The translations under genes were made by a program, and so were the position numbers. This document shows positions 29,228 to 37,502 of a stretch of DNA of 64,000 nt, piece after piece. Numbering within the stretch: position 1 is the first letter of the stretch; each line of letters starts with the position of its first letter. This stretch comes from an uncultured Dehalococcoidaceae bacterium. Its GTDB lineage: Bacteria; Chloroflexota; Dehalococcoidia; Dehalococcoidales; RBG-16-60-22. The stretch covers positions 17,309-81,308 of the forward strand of contig CAYWZO010000001.1 in the NCBI GenBank assembly GCA_964462865.1, read 5' to 3'. The notes under the pieces are model-generated. The model did not search any database. It was given only the letters and a program-made list of their open reading frames with translations, and was not told the DNA's origin.

Positions 29228-30241
29228 CTATAGGCCTGAAGGCTTAGCCGACGATTCCTGGAAAAGCCAGGTGGACAGGTAGCGCTCACCCGTGTCCGGT
29301 AATATCACCACGATGAGCTTGCCCTTATTTTCCGGGCGTCCGGCTACCTTCAGAGCCGCCCAGACCGCCGCGCCGGAGGAGATACCCGCCAGTATCCCTT
29401 CCTCCCGCGCGAGGCGACGGGCCGCCAATCCGGCGTCTTCGTTATTAACCGTGATGATTTCATCGATGAGGTCGGGCCGGAAAACGTCAGGTACAAAGCC
29501 AGCGCCGATGCCCTGAATCTTGTGCGGCCCCGCCTTCCCGCCGGAAAGCACCGGGGAGCCGGCCGGCTCGACGGCCACCGCTTTAAAACCCGGCTTCCTG
29601 GTCTTAAGCACCTCGGAAATGCCGGTAATCGTCCCGCCGGTGCCCACGCCTGCGACGAGTATATCCACCCTGCCGACGGTATCCCGCCAGATTTCCTCGG
29701 CGGTGGTCAGACGGTGTATTTCCGGGTTGGCCGGGTTTTCAAATTGCTGCGGTATGAAGTAGTTACGGTTTTCCGCAGCCAGCTGCTCCGCTTTTTTAAT
29801 CGCCCCGGGCATACCTTCGGCACCCGGGGTGAGTATCACCTCCGCCCCCAGGATGGTAAGCAGCTGCCGCCTTTCCAGCGACATCGTTTCGGGCATGGTC
29901 AGGATGAGGCGGTAGCCCCGGGCGGCGCAGACGAAGGCCAGGGCGATGCCGGTGTTGCCGCTGGTAGGTTCGACGATGACGGTGTCTTTATTAATCAGCC
30001 CTCTGGCCTCGGCATCGACAATCATGGCCACACCTATCCTGTCCTTGACGCTGCTTAAAGGATTAAAAGACTCGAGCTTGGCGATGACTTCGGCACCGAG
30101 GCCTTTGGTGATATGGTTCAGCCTGACGAGCGGGGTGTTGCCGATAAGCTCGGTACTGTCCGCGGCGATGCCCCGGGTCAGCCTGGGTAGACTGACGGTC
30201 TTATATTTAAACTTCTCAACTTTAAAGGCTGGCTCTTCCAT
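29228..30241 (-). CDS. cysK: Cysteine synthase / O-acetylserine sulfhydrylase
   Basis: [25 protein letters not shown] (PLP Lys), [11 protein letters not shown] and [11 protein letters not shown] prefer ATG 30241 to the listed TTG 30271. Confidence 0.88.
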   Translation of the reverse strand: MEEPAFKVEKFKYKTVSLPRLTRGIAADSTELIGNTPLVRLNHITKGLGAEVIAKLESFNPLSSVKDRIGVAMIVDAEARGLINKDTVIVEPTSGNTGIALAFVCAARGYRLILTMPETMSLERRQLLTILGAEVILTPGAEGMPGAIKKAEQLAAENRNYFIPQQFENPANPEIHRLTTAEEIWRDTVGRVDILVAGVGTGGTITGISEVLKTRKPGFKAVAVEPAGSPVLSGGKAGPHKIQGIGAGFVPDVFRPDLIDEIITVNNEDAGLAARRLAREEGILAGISSGAAVWAALKVAGRPENKGKLIVVILPDTGERYLSTWLFQESSAKPSGL

Positions 30242-30267
30242 GCCACCGGTCTCCCCTGAACGAATGG

Positions 30268-30711
30268 TCAAATGTAATACATTGATGGTTCTTTCTGGCC
30301 TTTACTTCTCTGTCTCTCCACCAGGTCCTGCAGAGTTGTCATCTCCAGGACTCCATCCATCGCCTCTTTGAGCTGGCCCCAGACGTCCCTGGCGGCGCAG
30401 AACCCCGAGCGCTGGCAGACTTCCGGGTTATCGACACATTCAACCGGCGCTAACGAGCCTTCCAGCAACCGCGTGATTTCACTTAATGTAATGTCCGCGG
30501 GCTTCCTGGCCAGGGAGACGCCACCCCTGGGTCCTTTGGCGCTGCGGATAATACCACCGGCAATCAGCGGGGCGATAAGGTGCTCCAGATACGGCAGAGA
30601 AATCTGCTGCTTCCGGGCGATTTCCTTTAAAAAAACCGGCCCTCTTTCCTGGCGCAGGGCCAGTTCCAGGAGCGCCCTGACCCCGTAGCGTGTCCGCGTG
30701 GATAATTTCAT
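30268..30711 (-). CDS. Rrf2-family transcriptional regulator with three-Cys cluster (IscR/CymR-like)
   Basis: [19 protein letters not shown]...[13 protein letters not shown] wHTH, and the Cys motif [14 protein letters not shown]. Confidence 0.88.
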   Translation of the reverse strand: MKLSTRTRYGVRALLELALRQERGPVFLKEIARKQQISLPYLEHLIAPLIAGGIIRSAKGPRGGVSLARKPADITLSEITRLLEGSLAPVECVDNPEVCQRSGFCAARDVWGQLKEAMDGVLEMTTLQDLVERQRSKGQKEPSMYYI

Positions 30712-30719
30712 AGTCTTAC

Positions 30720-30780
30720 CTCGGGTATCTTATTGTTGACTAATTTTATCAACAATATCAAAAATATAACATACCCGGGG
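30720..30780. promoter_or_regulatory. Nested inverted repeat, candidate Rrf2 operator
   Basis: The inner repeat is attgttga (30732-39) / tcaacaat (30749-56), a perfect 8-bp pair with a 9-nt AT-rich spacer. The outer repeat is cgggtat (30722-28) / atacccg (30771-77). It begins ~10 nt upstream of the Rrf2 start. Confidence 0.5.
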
Positions 30781-30830
30781 TTGCCATGTCAATACCAGTA
30801 TTGAGAACTTTCAACATTACAATTATGCTA

Positions 30831-30858
30831 AAAAACCTCACCCCGGGGTGAGGTTTTA
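30831..30858. terminator. Bidirectional rho-independent terminator
   Basis: aaaaa-cctcacc-ccgg-ggtgagg-ttttaaa. Confidence 0.65.
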
Positions 30859-30870
30859 AATTATTATATC

Positions 30871-30914
30871 TGAAAAGAGCGAGGCTGGATACCTTTTTCA
30901 GATTATCCAGCCTC
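30871..30914 (-). terminator. Rho-independent terminator downstream of the small membrane protein gene
   Basis: On the minus strand, an 11-bp stem gaggctggata/tatccagcctc is followed by gctcttttc. Confidence 0.55.
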
Positions 30915-30979
30915 AACTCGAGTCCGGGGTTCTTTTAGCTTTCTCCAGTTTTTACCTCCTTCTCATGTCCTGTCTGTTG

Positions 30980-31144
30980 TTACCGGGCGGCTGCTTTATC
31001 GGCTACAGCTTTCTTTTCTTTGGCTGTTCTGGCCTCACGGACTGCATGGACGATGCCGCCGATATTCAGGTACCAGACGAAAGCTGCCGGGAAGAGGATT
31101 ACCGGGATGGCTATTACCAGCGCTACGATTAATTCCCACGTCAT
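30980..31144 (-). CDS. Small single-pass membrane protein (54 aa)
   Basis: An AAGGAGG SD lies 8 nt upstream of ATG 31144. The protein reads MTWELIVALVIAIPVILFPAAFVWYLNIGG, followed by a basic tail with REARTAKEKKAVADKAAAR. It is flanked by two terminators. Confidence 0.6.
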   Translation of the reverse strand: MTWELIVALVIAIPVILFPAAFVWYLNIGGIVHAVREARTAKEKKAVADKAAAR

Positions 31145-31438
31145 TTTTTTGTACCTCCTTTTTCTTATTTCCACTTAAAGCTTACCACCGGGCGCGGAAA
31201 ACCGGCTTCCGCCGTGATACCTATTTGCTTCCATAGAAAACGCCTAATCTGGCCGGTGTGCCACCGCAACGATATGCCTACCCCGGTATGACGAAAATAA
31301 GTAAAAATACCTACCCGCGACCGAAAAAGACTTCAGGGGGCTGGCCCCCAGCTTATCGCACCAATGGCCTAGTCCAGAAATAGGCCAGTTTGACATCAGA
31401 TATTAAGCCTGTAGCTGGATGGAATGCCCGCTCTTGAA

Positions 31439-31606
31439 TGTTAACCTTGAAAACAGGGAACCTGAAGGAGGCATCTATGGATAGGGAAAGTAACAATAAT
31501 ATCCTCAGTCTCTCGACGGTAGTTAACCAGAGGAACCTGAAGGAGGCATCTATGGAGAAGGAGCACGAAGAAGATTTCCTCAGTATCTCGACGGTACTTA
31601 ACGAGT
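31439..31606 (+). repeat. Two tandem 75-nt units, each carrying SD + ATG + anti-SD
   Basis: ggaacctgaaggaggcatctatgga is identical at 31457-81 and 31532-56. tcctcagtNtctcgacggtaNttaac recurs at 31502-28 and 31577-603. The centres of the two units are divergent. The offset is exactly 75 nt (25 codons). Confidence 0.85.
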
Positions 31607-31890
31607 TGGAAAAAGACCTGTCCAGCCAGACCATTGAGCTCAAGAAAGAGAAAGCGCCCTCCGGAAAGGAGGCCATCCTCAAGATACTCTCCCGGGCGGC
31701 GGATGACCATAAGTTCCTGGCGCGTATGGCCGAGGACCCGGCTAAAGTGCTGAAGGAGTATGACCTGACCGCCGAAGAAAAAGCCGCCCTGATATCGGCA
31801 GACCTGCGCCGGATAGAGTCATGGGTTGGTAAGCTGGACAAAAGACTGGGTACCTGGATATGGTGCCGCCTCCAGCAGGAGAAATGGTAA
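31477..31890 (+). CDS. Hypothetical protein with C-terminal 'KIESWVGKLD...QEKW' module (paralogue of the FdhA tail)
   Basis: A GAAGGAGG SD lies 6-7 nt before ATG 31477; a second equivalent start is ATG 31552. The C-terminal 74 aa align gap-free with the last 74 aa of the FDH catalytic subunit. Confidence 0.7.
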   Translation: MDRESNNNILSLSTVVNQRNLKEASMEKEHEEDFLSISTVLNELEKDLSSQTIELKKEKAPSGKEAILKILSRAADDHKFLARMAEDPAKVLKEYDLTAEEKAALISADLRRIESWVGKLDKRLGTWIWCRLQQEKW

Positions 31891-31907
31891 TTTTAGCGAG
31901 GTCTGGA

Positions 31908-32459
31908 ATGAGTACAATAGCAGCGAAGCAAAGTACCGCAACGACCGGGCAGGATGAAAAAACCATCGCTTCCAAGGTGGACGAAGTCCTGGGAAAATTT
32001 ACCGGCGAGAAGGCCAATCTGATCCCCATTTTACAGCAGGTACAGCAGGTCCTGGGCTACCTGCCGGAAGAGGCTATGAGCCGCATCGCCCGGTTCGTGG
32101 ACGTCCCGGAATGCAGTGTCTTCGGCGTGGCCACCTTCTACGCCCAGTTCCAGCTCTTCCCCAGGGGACGCAACCTCGTCCGGGTATGTCGGGGCACCGG
32201 CTGCTATGTCAAGGGGGCACCGCGCCTGATTGATGAACTGGAGAAACTGCTGGGCATCAAAGAAGGCGAGACGACGCCGGATATGGAGTACACCCTGGAA
32301 ACAGTGGCCTGCTTCGGTTCCTGCGCGCTGGCGCCGGTGATGGTGGTCAACGACAGGGTGTACGGCCGGGTGACGCCGGACAAGGTGAAAGAGATACTGG
32401 GACGGAAGGCCTCCGGTCCAGTCCCGGCGCAGCCTGTAGAGAGCAGCTCCGGTCAGTAA
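31908..32459 (+). CDS. NuoE/HndA-like [2Fe-2S] subunit of NAD(P)-linked formate dehydrogenase
   Basis: LIPILQQVQQVLGYLP and the Cys pattern VCRGTGCYVKG...TLETVACFGSCALAPVMVVND. I place the start at ATG 31908. Confidence 0.88.
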   Translation: MSTIAAKQSTATTGQDEKTIASKVDEVLGKFTGEKANLIPILQQVQQVLGYLPEEAMSRIARFVDVPECSVFGVATFYAQFQLFPRGRNLVRVCRGTGCYVKGAPRLIDELEKLLGIKEGETTPDMEYTLETVACFGSCALAPVMVVNDRVYGRVTPDKVKEILGRKASGPVPAQPVESSSGQ

Positions 32460-32474
32460 GTTCAGGGGGAAACG

Positions 32475-34382
32475 ATGAATTACGAAGAAATTAAAAAGCG
32501 GGCCGCCTCACAATGGAAGGAAATGCAAAAAAGTCTGAAACCCCGGATTTTAGTGGGCACCGGGACCTGCGGCCTGGCCGCCGGAGCCGCTGCCGTACTG
32601 GAGACCCTCCGCCAGGAACTCGCCGAACACAGCCTGGAGGCGGACATCATCCAGGTGGGCTGCATTGGCCTGTGCTACGCCGAGCCCCTGATGGAGGTGG
32701 CTAAACCCGGCCAGCCAAGCGTCTTCTACGGCAACCTCACGCCGGCGCTGGTGACCGAGATTGTACGTGACTATCTCACGGGGGACAATGCCCGGCCGGA
32801 CCTTGCCCTGGGCACCCGGGGCGAAGGCAGCATCGACGGCATCCCCAATCTTTTCGACCTGCCGGTGCTCAAGCCCCAGAGGCGCATCGCCCTGCGTAAC
32901 TGCGGCAACATCGACCCCGCGGACATCAACCACTACCTGGCTAACGAAGGTTACGACGGATTATATAAAACCCTGAAGATGAAGCCCCAGGAAGTCATTA
33001 ACGATATTCAAAAGTCCGGGCTGCGCGGCCGCGGCGGCGCCGGCTTTCCCACGGGGATGAAATGGCAGTTCTGCCATGACGCCCCCGGTTCTCAAAAATA
33101 CATCATCTGCAATGCCGATGAAGGCGACCCCGGGGCCTTCATGGACCGGGCAGTGCTGGAGGGAGACCCCCACGCCGTGCTGGAAGGGATGCTCATCGGC
33201 GCGTATGCCATCGGCGCTTCCGAGGGATATATCTATATCCGGGCCGAGTACCCGCTAGCCATCGAGCGCCTGAAGGTGTCGATAACGCAGATGGAGAAAG
33301 ACGGCTTGCTCGGCGATAATATCATGGGTTCCGGCTTCAATTTCCATATCAAGATAAAGGAAGGCGCCGGAGCCTTTGTCTGTGGTGAGGAGACCGCGAT
33401 GATGGCCTCGATAGAAGGCAGCCGCGGCATGCCCCGTCCCCGTCCCCCTTTCCCTGCCAACTCGGGGCTCTGGGGCAAACCTACCAATATTAATAACGTC
33501 GAGACCTGGGCAAATGTCTCCGCCATCATGCAGAAAGGGGCGGACTGGTACGCCGGCTTCGGCACGGAAAAGAGCCGGGGCACCAAGACCTTCGCCCTGG
33601 TAGGCAAGGTGGTGCGGACCGGGCTCATCGAGGTGCCCATGGGCATTACATTACGCGAGATAATTTACGGTATCGGGGGCGGCATCGCCGAAGGTAAACA
33701 GTTCAAGGCCGTCCAGACAGGGGGTCCCTCGGGCGGCTGCCTGCCGGCCAGCTTCCTCGATTCGCCGGTGGACTTCGAATCGCTGGCGGCCGCCGGCTCC
33801 ATCATTGGGTCGGGTGGCATGGTGGTCATGGACGAGGACAACTGCATGGTGGACGTGGCCCGGTATTTCCTGACCTTCACCCAGCTCGAATCGTGCGGCA
33901 AATGCATCCCGTGCCGCTGGGGCACCAGGCAGATGCTGGACATCCTCCAGGACATCGTCAGCAGCCAGGGCCGGCCGGGAGACATCGATTTGCTCCTGGA
34001 GCTCGGCGACGCCATTAAAAACGGCTCGCTCTGCGCCCTGGGCGGCACGGCCCCCAACCCGGTATTGACCACCATCCGCTACTTCCGTGACGAGTACGAA
34101 GCCCATATCAATGAAAAACGCTGTCCGGCGCTGTCCTGCAAGGCACTTACCACTTACTACATCGATGCTGAAAAATGCCAGGGCTGCGGTATCTGCGCCC
34201 GCGCCTGCCCCGCCGGAGCGATTAATGGCGGTAAAAGGATGGTGCACGTTATTGACCAGGCGAAGTGCATCAAGTGCGGTAGTTGCCGGGAAGCGTGCCC
34301 GGCCAAGTTCGGTGCCGTGGTCAAGACGTCCGGCGGGACTATCGAGGCCCCCGCCGAGCCGGTGCCGGTAGGCGAGGCGTAA
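32475..34382 (+). CDS. NuoF/HndC-like FMN- and NAD(P)H-binding Fe-S subunit
   Basis: GLRGRGGAGFPTGMKW, YIICNADEGDPGAF, ESCGKCIPCR and a C-terminal 2x[4Fe-4S] motif (CQGCGICARACP, CIKCGSCREACP). Confidence 0.92.
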   Translation: MNYEEIKKRAASQWKEMQKSLKPRILVGTGTCGLAAGAAAVLETLRQELAEHSLEADIIQVGCIGLCYAEPLMEVAKPGQPSVFYGNLTPALVTEIVRDYLTGDNARPDLALGTRGEGSIDGIPNLFDLPVLKPQRRIALRNCGNIDPADINHYLANEGYDGLYKTLKMKPQEVINDIQKSGLRGRGGAGFPTGMKWQFCHDAPGSQKYIICNADEGDPGAFMDRAVLEGDPHAVLEGMLIGAYAIGASEGYIYIRAEYPLAIERLKVSITQMEKDGLLGDNIMGSGFNFHIKIKEGAGAFVCGEETAMMASIEGSRGMPRPRPPFPANSGLWGKPTNINNVETWANVSAIMQKGADWYAGFGTEKSRGTKTFALVGKVVRTGLIEVPMGITLREIIYGIGGGIAEGKQFKAVQTGGPSGGCLPASFLDSPVDFESLAAAGSIIGSGGMVVMDEDNCMVDVARYFLTFTQLESCGKCIPCRWGTRQMLDILQDIVSSQGRPGDIDLLLELGDAIKNGSLCALGGTAPNPVLTTIRYFRDEYEAHINEKRCPALSCKALTTYYIDAEKCQGCGICARACPAGAINGGKRMVHVIDQAKCIKCGSCREACPAKFGAVVKTSGGTIEAPAEPVPVGEA

Positions 34383-34422
34383 TTTTATAACCAGGGTTAC
34401 CTGAAGGTAAGGGAGGGAACCG

Positions 34423-37386
34423 ATGACAATAACTGGCCCGACTGTAGCGGGAGAGCGAAAAACGGGGACAGTATCCCTGATAATAGATGGCGTAAAAGTT
34501 GAGGTGACGGAAGGGACGACGGTGCTGGAAGCGGCCCGACAGGCCGGAATTTACATCCCCACGCTGTGCTATGACCCCGACCTTAAGCCGTACGGGGCCT
34601 GCCGCCTGTGTATCGTAGAAATCGAAAAGATGCGCGGCCTGCCCACCTCCTGTACTACGGCGGCGGCCGAAGGCATGGTCGTCCATACCGAATCGAAGGC
34701 GGTCAACCAGTCGCGCCGCATCACCATGGAACTCATCATGGCCAACCATCACGGCGATTGCCTCACCTGTGCCAAGAACCAGAACTGCGAGCTGCAGACG
34801 GTGGCGCGCTACCTGGGCATCGAGCAGGAGCACTTCGACCGGATGCGGAAGAGCCAGGTGGTGCATCCCGTCGATGATAGCCATCCCGCTTACATCCGCG
34901 ATATGAACAAGTGCATCCTTTGCGGACGCTGCTGGCGCGCCTGCCACGAGATTGCCGGCGTCGAAGCAATCGACGTCGCCTTCCGGGGCAACGCGGCCAC
35001 AGTCAGCACCTTCGGCAATAAACCCATCGCGGAGTCCATCTGCGAGGCCTGCGGCGAGTGCCTGGAGCACTGTCCCACCGGCGCCCTGACACCGAAAAAT
35101 ATCCGGCAGGCGGCGCGTGAAGTGAAAACAATCTGCCCGTACTGCGGCGTCGGCTGCTCCATTTTCCTGGGCGTCCGCGGCAATGAAATCGTCAGCGTCC
35201 GCGGCGATAAAGACAGCCCGGTCAACCGGGGCGGCCTCTGCGTGAAAGGGCGTTTCGGCTTTGACTTCGTCAACCACCCCGACCGTCTGACCAAACCGTT
35301 GATACGGCGGGAGGGCTGGAGCAAGGCCATCGAGGTCAACGGCAATTTCAAAGACATTTTCCGCGAGGCCACCTGGGACGAGGCCCTGGACCTGGTGGCT
35401 GATAGATTGTCCCTGATAAAAGCCGAGCACGGCCCGGACAGCCTCGGCGTTTTAAGCTCCGCCAAGTTCACCAACGAGGAGAACTACCTGGTGCAAAAGT
35501 TCACCCGGGCGGTCATCGGCACCAATAACGTCGACCATTGCGCCCGTCTCTGACATGCTTCTACAGTGGCCGGTGCGGCCGCAGCCTTCGGCGACGGTGC
35601 TATGAGCAACTCCATCGCTGATTTTCAGAAGGCCGACCTTCTCTTCGTCATCGGCTCCAATACCACCGAGTGCCATCCCATTATCGGGCGCTACGTCCGC
35701 CAGGCAGCGCGCTCGGGCACGGCCAAACTCATCGTGGCCGACCCCCGTACCATCCAGCTGGCCAAGAGGGCAGCCATTCACCTGCGCCAGAAACCGGGCA
35801 CCGACGTAGCGCTGCTCAACGCCATGATGAACGTCATCCTCACCGAGGGGCTTGAGGACAAGGAATTTGTCACGGAGCGTACCGAAGGCTTCGAGGAGAT
35901 GGCTGCGACCGTGAAAAAATACACTCCGGAGATGGCCGAGGAAATTACCGGCGTTTCCCGGGCCGATATCATCCGGGCGGCGCGGCTCTTCGCCAATGCG
36001 GAGCGAGCCTGCGTGCTCTACGGCATGGGCATCACCCAGCACACCACCGGCACGGACAATGTCAAAAGCGTCGCCAACCTGCTGATGTTGACCGGTAACA
36101 TCGGCCGCGAGGGCACCGGCTTCAGTCCGCTAAGGGGCCAGAACAACGTCCAGGGGGCCTGCGATATAGGCGCCCTGCCCAATGTCCTGCCCGGCTACCA
36201 GCCGGTGACCAACCCGGAGGCCAGGCAGAAGTTCGAGGCGGCCTGGAACTGTAAAATCAAGGACAAACCGGGCGTGCCCGTGACCGAAATGGTTGAAGCA
36301 GCCATTCGCAAAGACATCCGGGCGATGTACATCGTCGGTGAGAACCCGGCACTGACCGAGCCTTACACCACCCATGCCAGAAAAGCGCTGCAAAAGCTGG
36401 ACTTCCTAGTGGTGCAGGATATCTTCCCCACCGAGACGGCGGTGCTGGCCGACGTGATTTTACCGGCGGCGGCCTTCGCCGAGAAGGACGGCACCTATAC
36501 CAGCACGGAAAGAAGGGTGCAGAAAGTGTGCCAGGCCGTTAGCCCGCCCGGAGAAGCTAAACCGGACTGGGAGATTATCTCGCTGCTGGCGAACAAAATG
36601 GGATACCCCTTCCCTTACCAGACCATCGAGGAAATCAACCTCGAGATGACATCACTCACCCCCATTTACGGTGGTATGCAATTTGACCGGCTGGACAATT
36701 ACGGGCTGCAGTGGCCATGCCGCGATAGGAACGACCCCGGTACCCCAACCCTCCACGCGGGCAAGTTCACCCGCGGGCTGGGCAAGTTCCACGCCGTGGA
36801 GTACCGGCCGCCGGCGGAGTCCGTCTCGCCGGACTATCCGCTTACCCTTACCACCGGCCGGATACTGGAACAATACCACACCGGTACCATGAGCCGCCGC
36901 ACCAAAGTGCTGAACGAGTTGCATCCCAAGGGGGGGATAGATATCCATCCCGAGGATGCCATCAAGCTCGGCATCACGGACGGAGATCTGGTAAGCGTGG
37001 CCTCGGAGCGGGGAAAGATTGAAGCGACAGCCAACATAACCGATACAACTGCGCCCGGACTGGCTTTTATGGCCTTCCACTGGAAGGAATCGCCGGCCAA
37101 CATGCTCACCAACCCGGCGCTCGACCCGGTAGCCAAGATACCGGAGTTCAAGGTATCGGCCGTTAAAGCAGTGCTGGCGGTGCTGGACCGGGCCACCCAG
37201 GACAATGCCTTCCTGGCCCGGCTGGCCGAGAACCCCGCCGAGGCACTGAAGGAATATGACCTGACCCCCAAGGAGAAGATAGCCATCGCCAGCGGCGATA
37301 TTCGTAAAATCGAGTCGTGGGTGGGCAAGCTGGACGAACGCCTCAAGAAATGGCTGGTGGCCCGGCTGGCCCAGGAGAAATGGTAG
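34423..37386 (+). CDS. fdhA: Formate dehydrogenase catalytic subunit, selenocysteine-containing (in-frame TGA at 35551-35553), with a ~70-aa C-terminal extension
   Basis: The two listed ORFs (34423..35553 and 35566..37386) are in the same frame. They join as [30 protein letters not shown], the canonical Sec/Cys active-site context. The N-terminus has 2Fe-2S and 4Fe-4S NuoG-like domains, followed by the CPYCGVGC molybdopterin domain. Confidence 0.9.
35551..35585 (+). promoter_or_regulatory. UGA-Sec codon plus candidate bacterial SECIS hairpin
   Basis: A GC-rich stem-loop gtggccg-gtg-cggccgc (35566-35582) starts 13 nt after the TGA. Confidence 0.5.
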
Positions 37387-37419
37387 CCGGTAAGAGTCAT
37401 CTTTTAATAATAAGCCTAT

Positions 37420-37447
37420 GAGGGGGGCCAGGCCCCCCTCTTTTCTT
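37420..37447 (+). terminator. Rho-independent terminator of the FDH operon
   Basis: gaggggggcc-a-ggcccccctc followed by ttttctt. Confidence 0.8.
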
Positions 37448-37502
37448 AAGGCAGCGGGCTTTTTACTACTGAATAGCTTTAAAAGAGTATAATATATTGT
37501 AG

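Noticed and set aside
31175-31476. The divergent intergenic region upstream of the FDH operon, checked for a Moco/Tuco riboswitch.
   Set aside because: I recognised no conserved Moco-motif blocks, and the hairpins present are equally compatible with the minus-strand leader of the small membrane-protein gene.
31439-31606. Direct repeats that might be taken for a mini-CRISPR array or satellite.
   Set aside because: There are only two units, each exactly 25 codons and in frame within a coding region. Each contains an SD and ATG, and there are no spacer-like unique inserts of CRISPR dimensions.
34423-37386. Apparent split of the formate dehydrogenase gene into two ORFs, which could be read as a pseudogene.
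   Set aside because: The break is a single in-frame TGA at the conserved Sec/Cys active-site position, with a downstream hairpin. I interpret it as selenocysteine.
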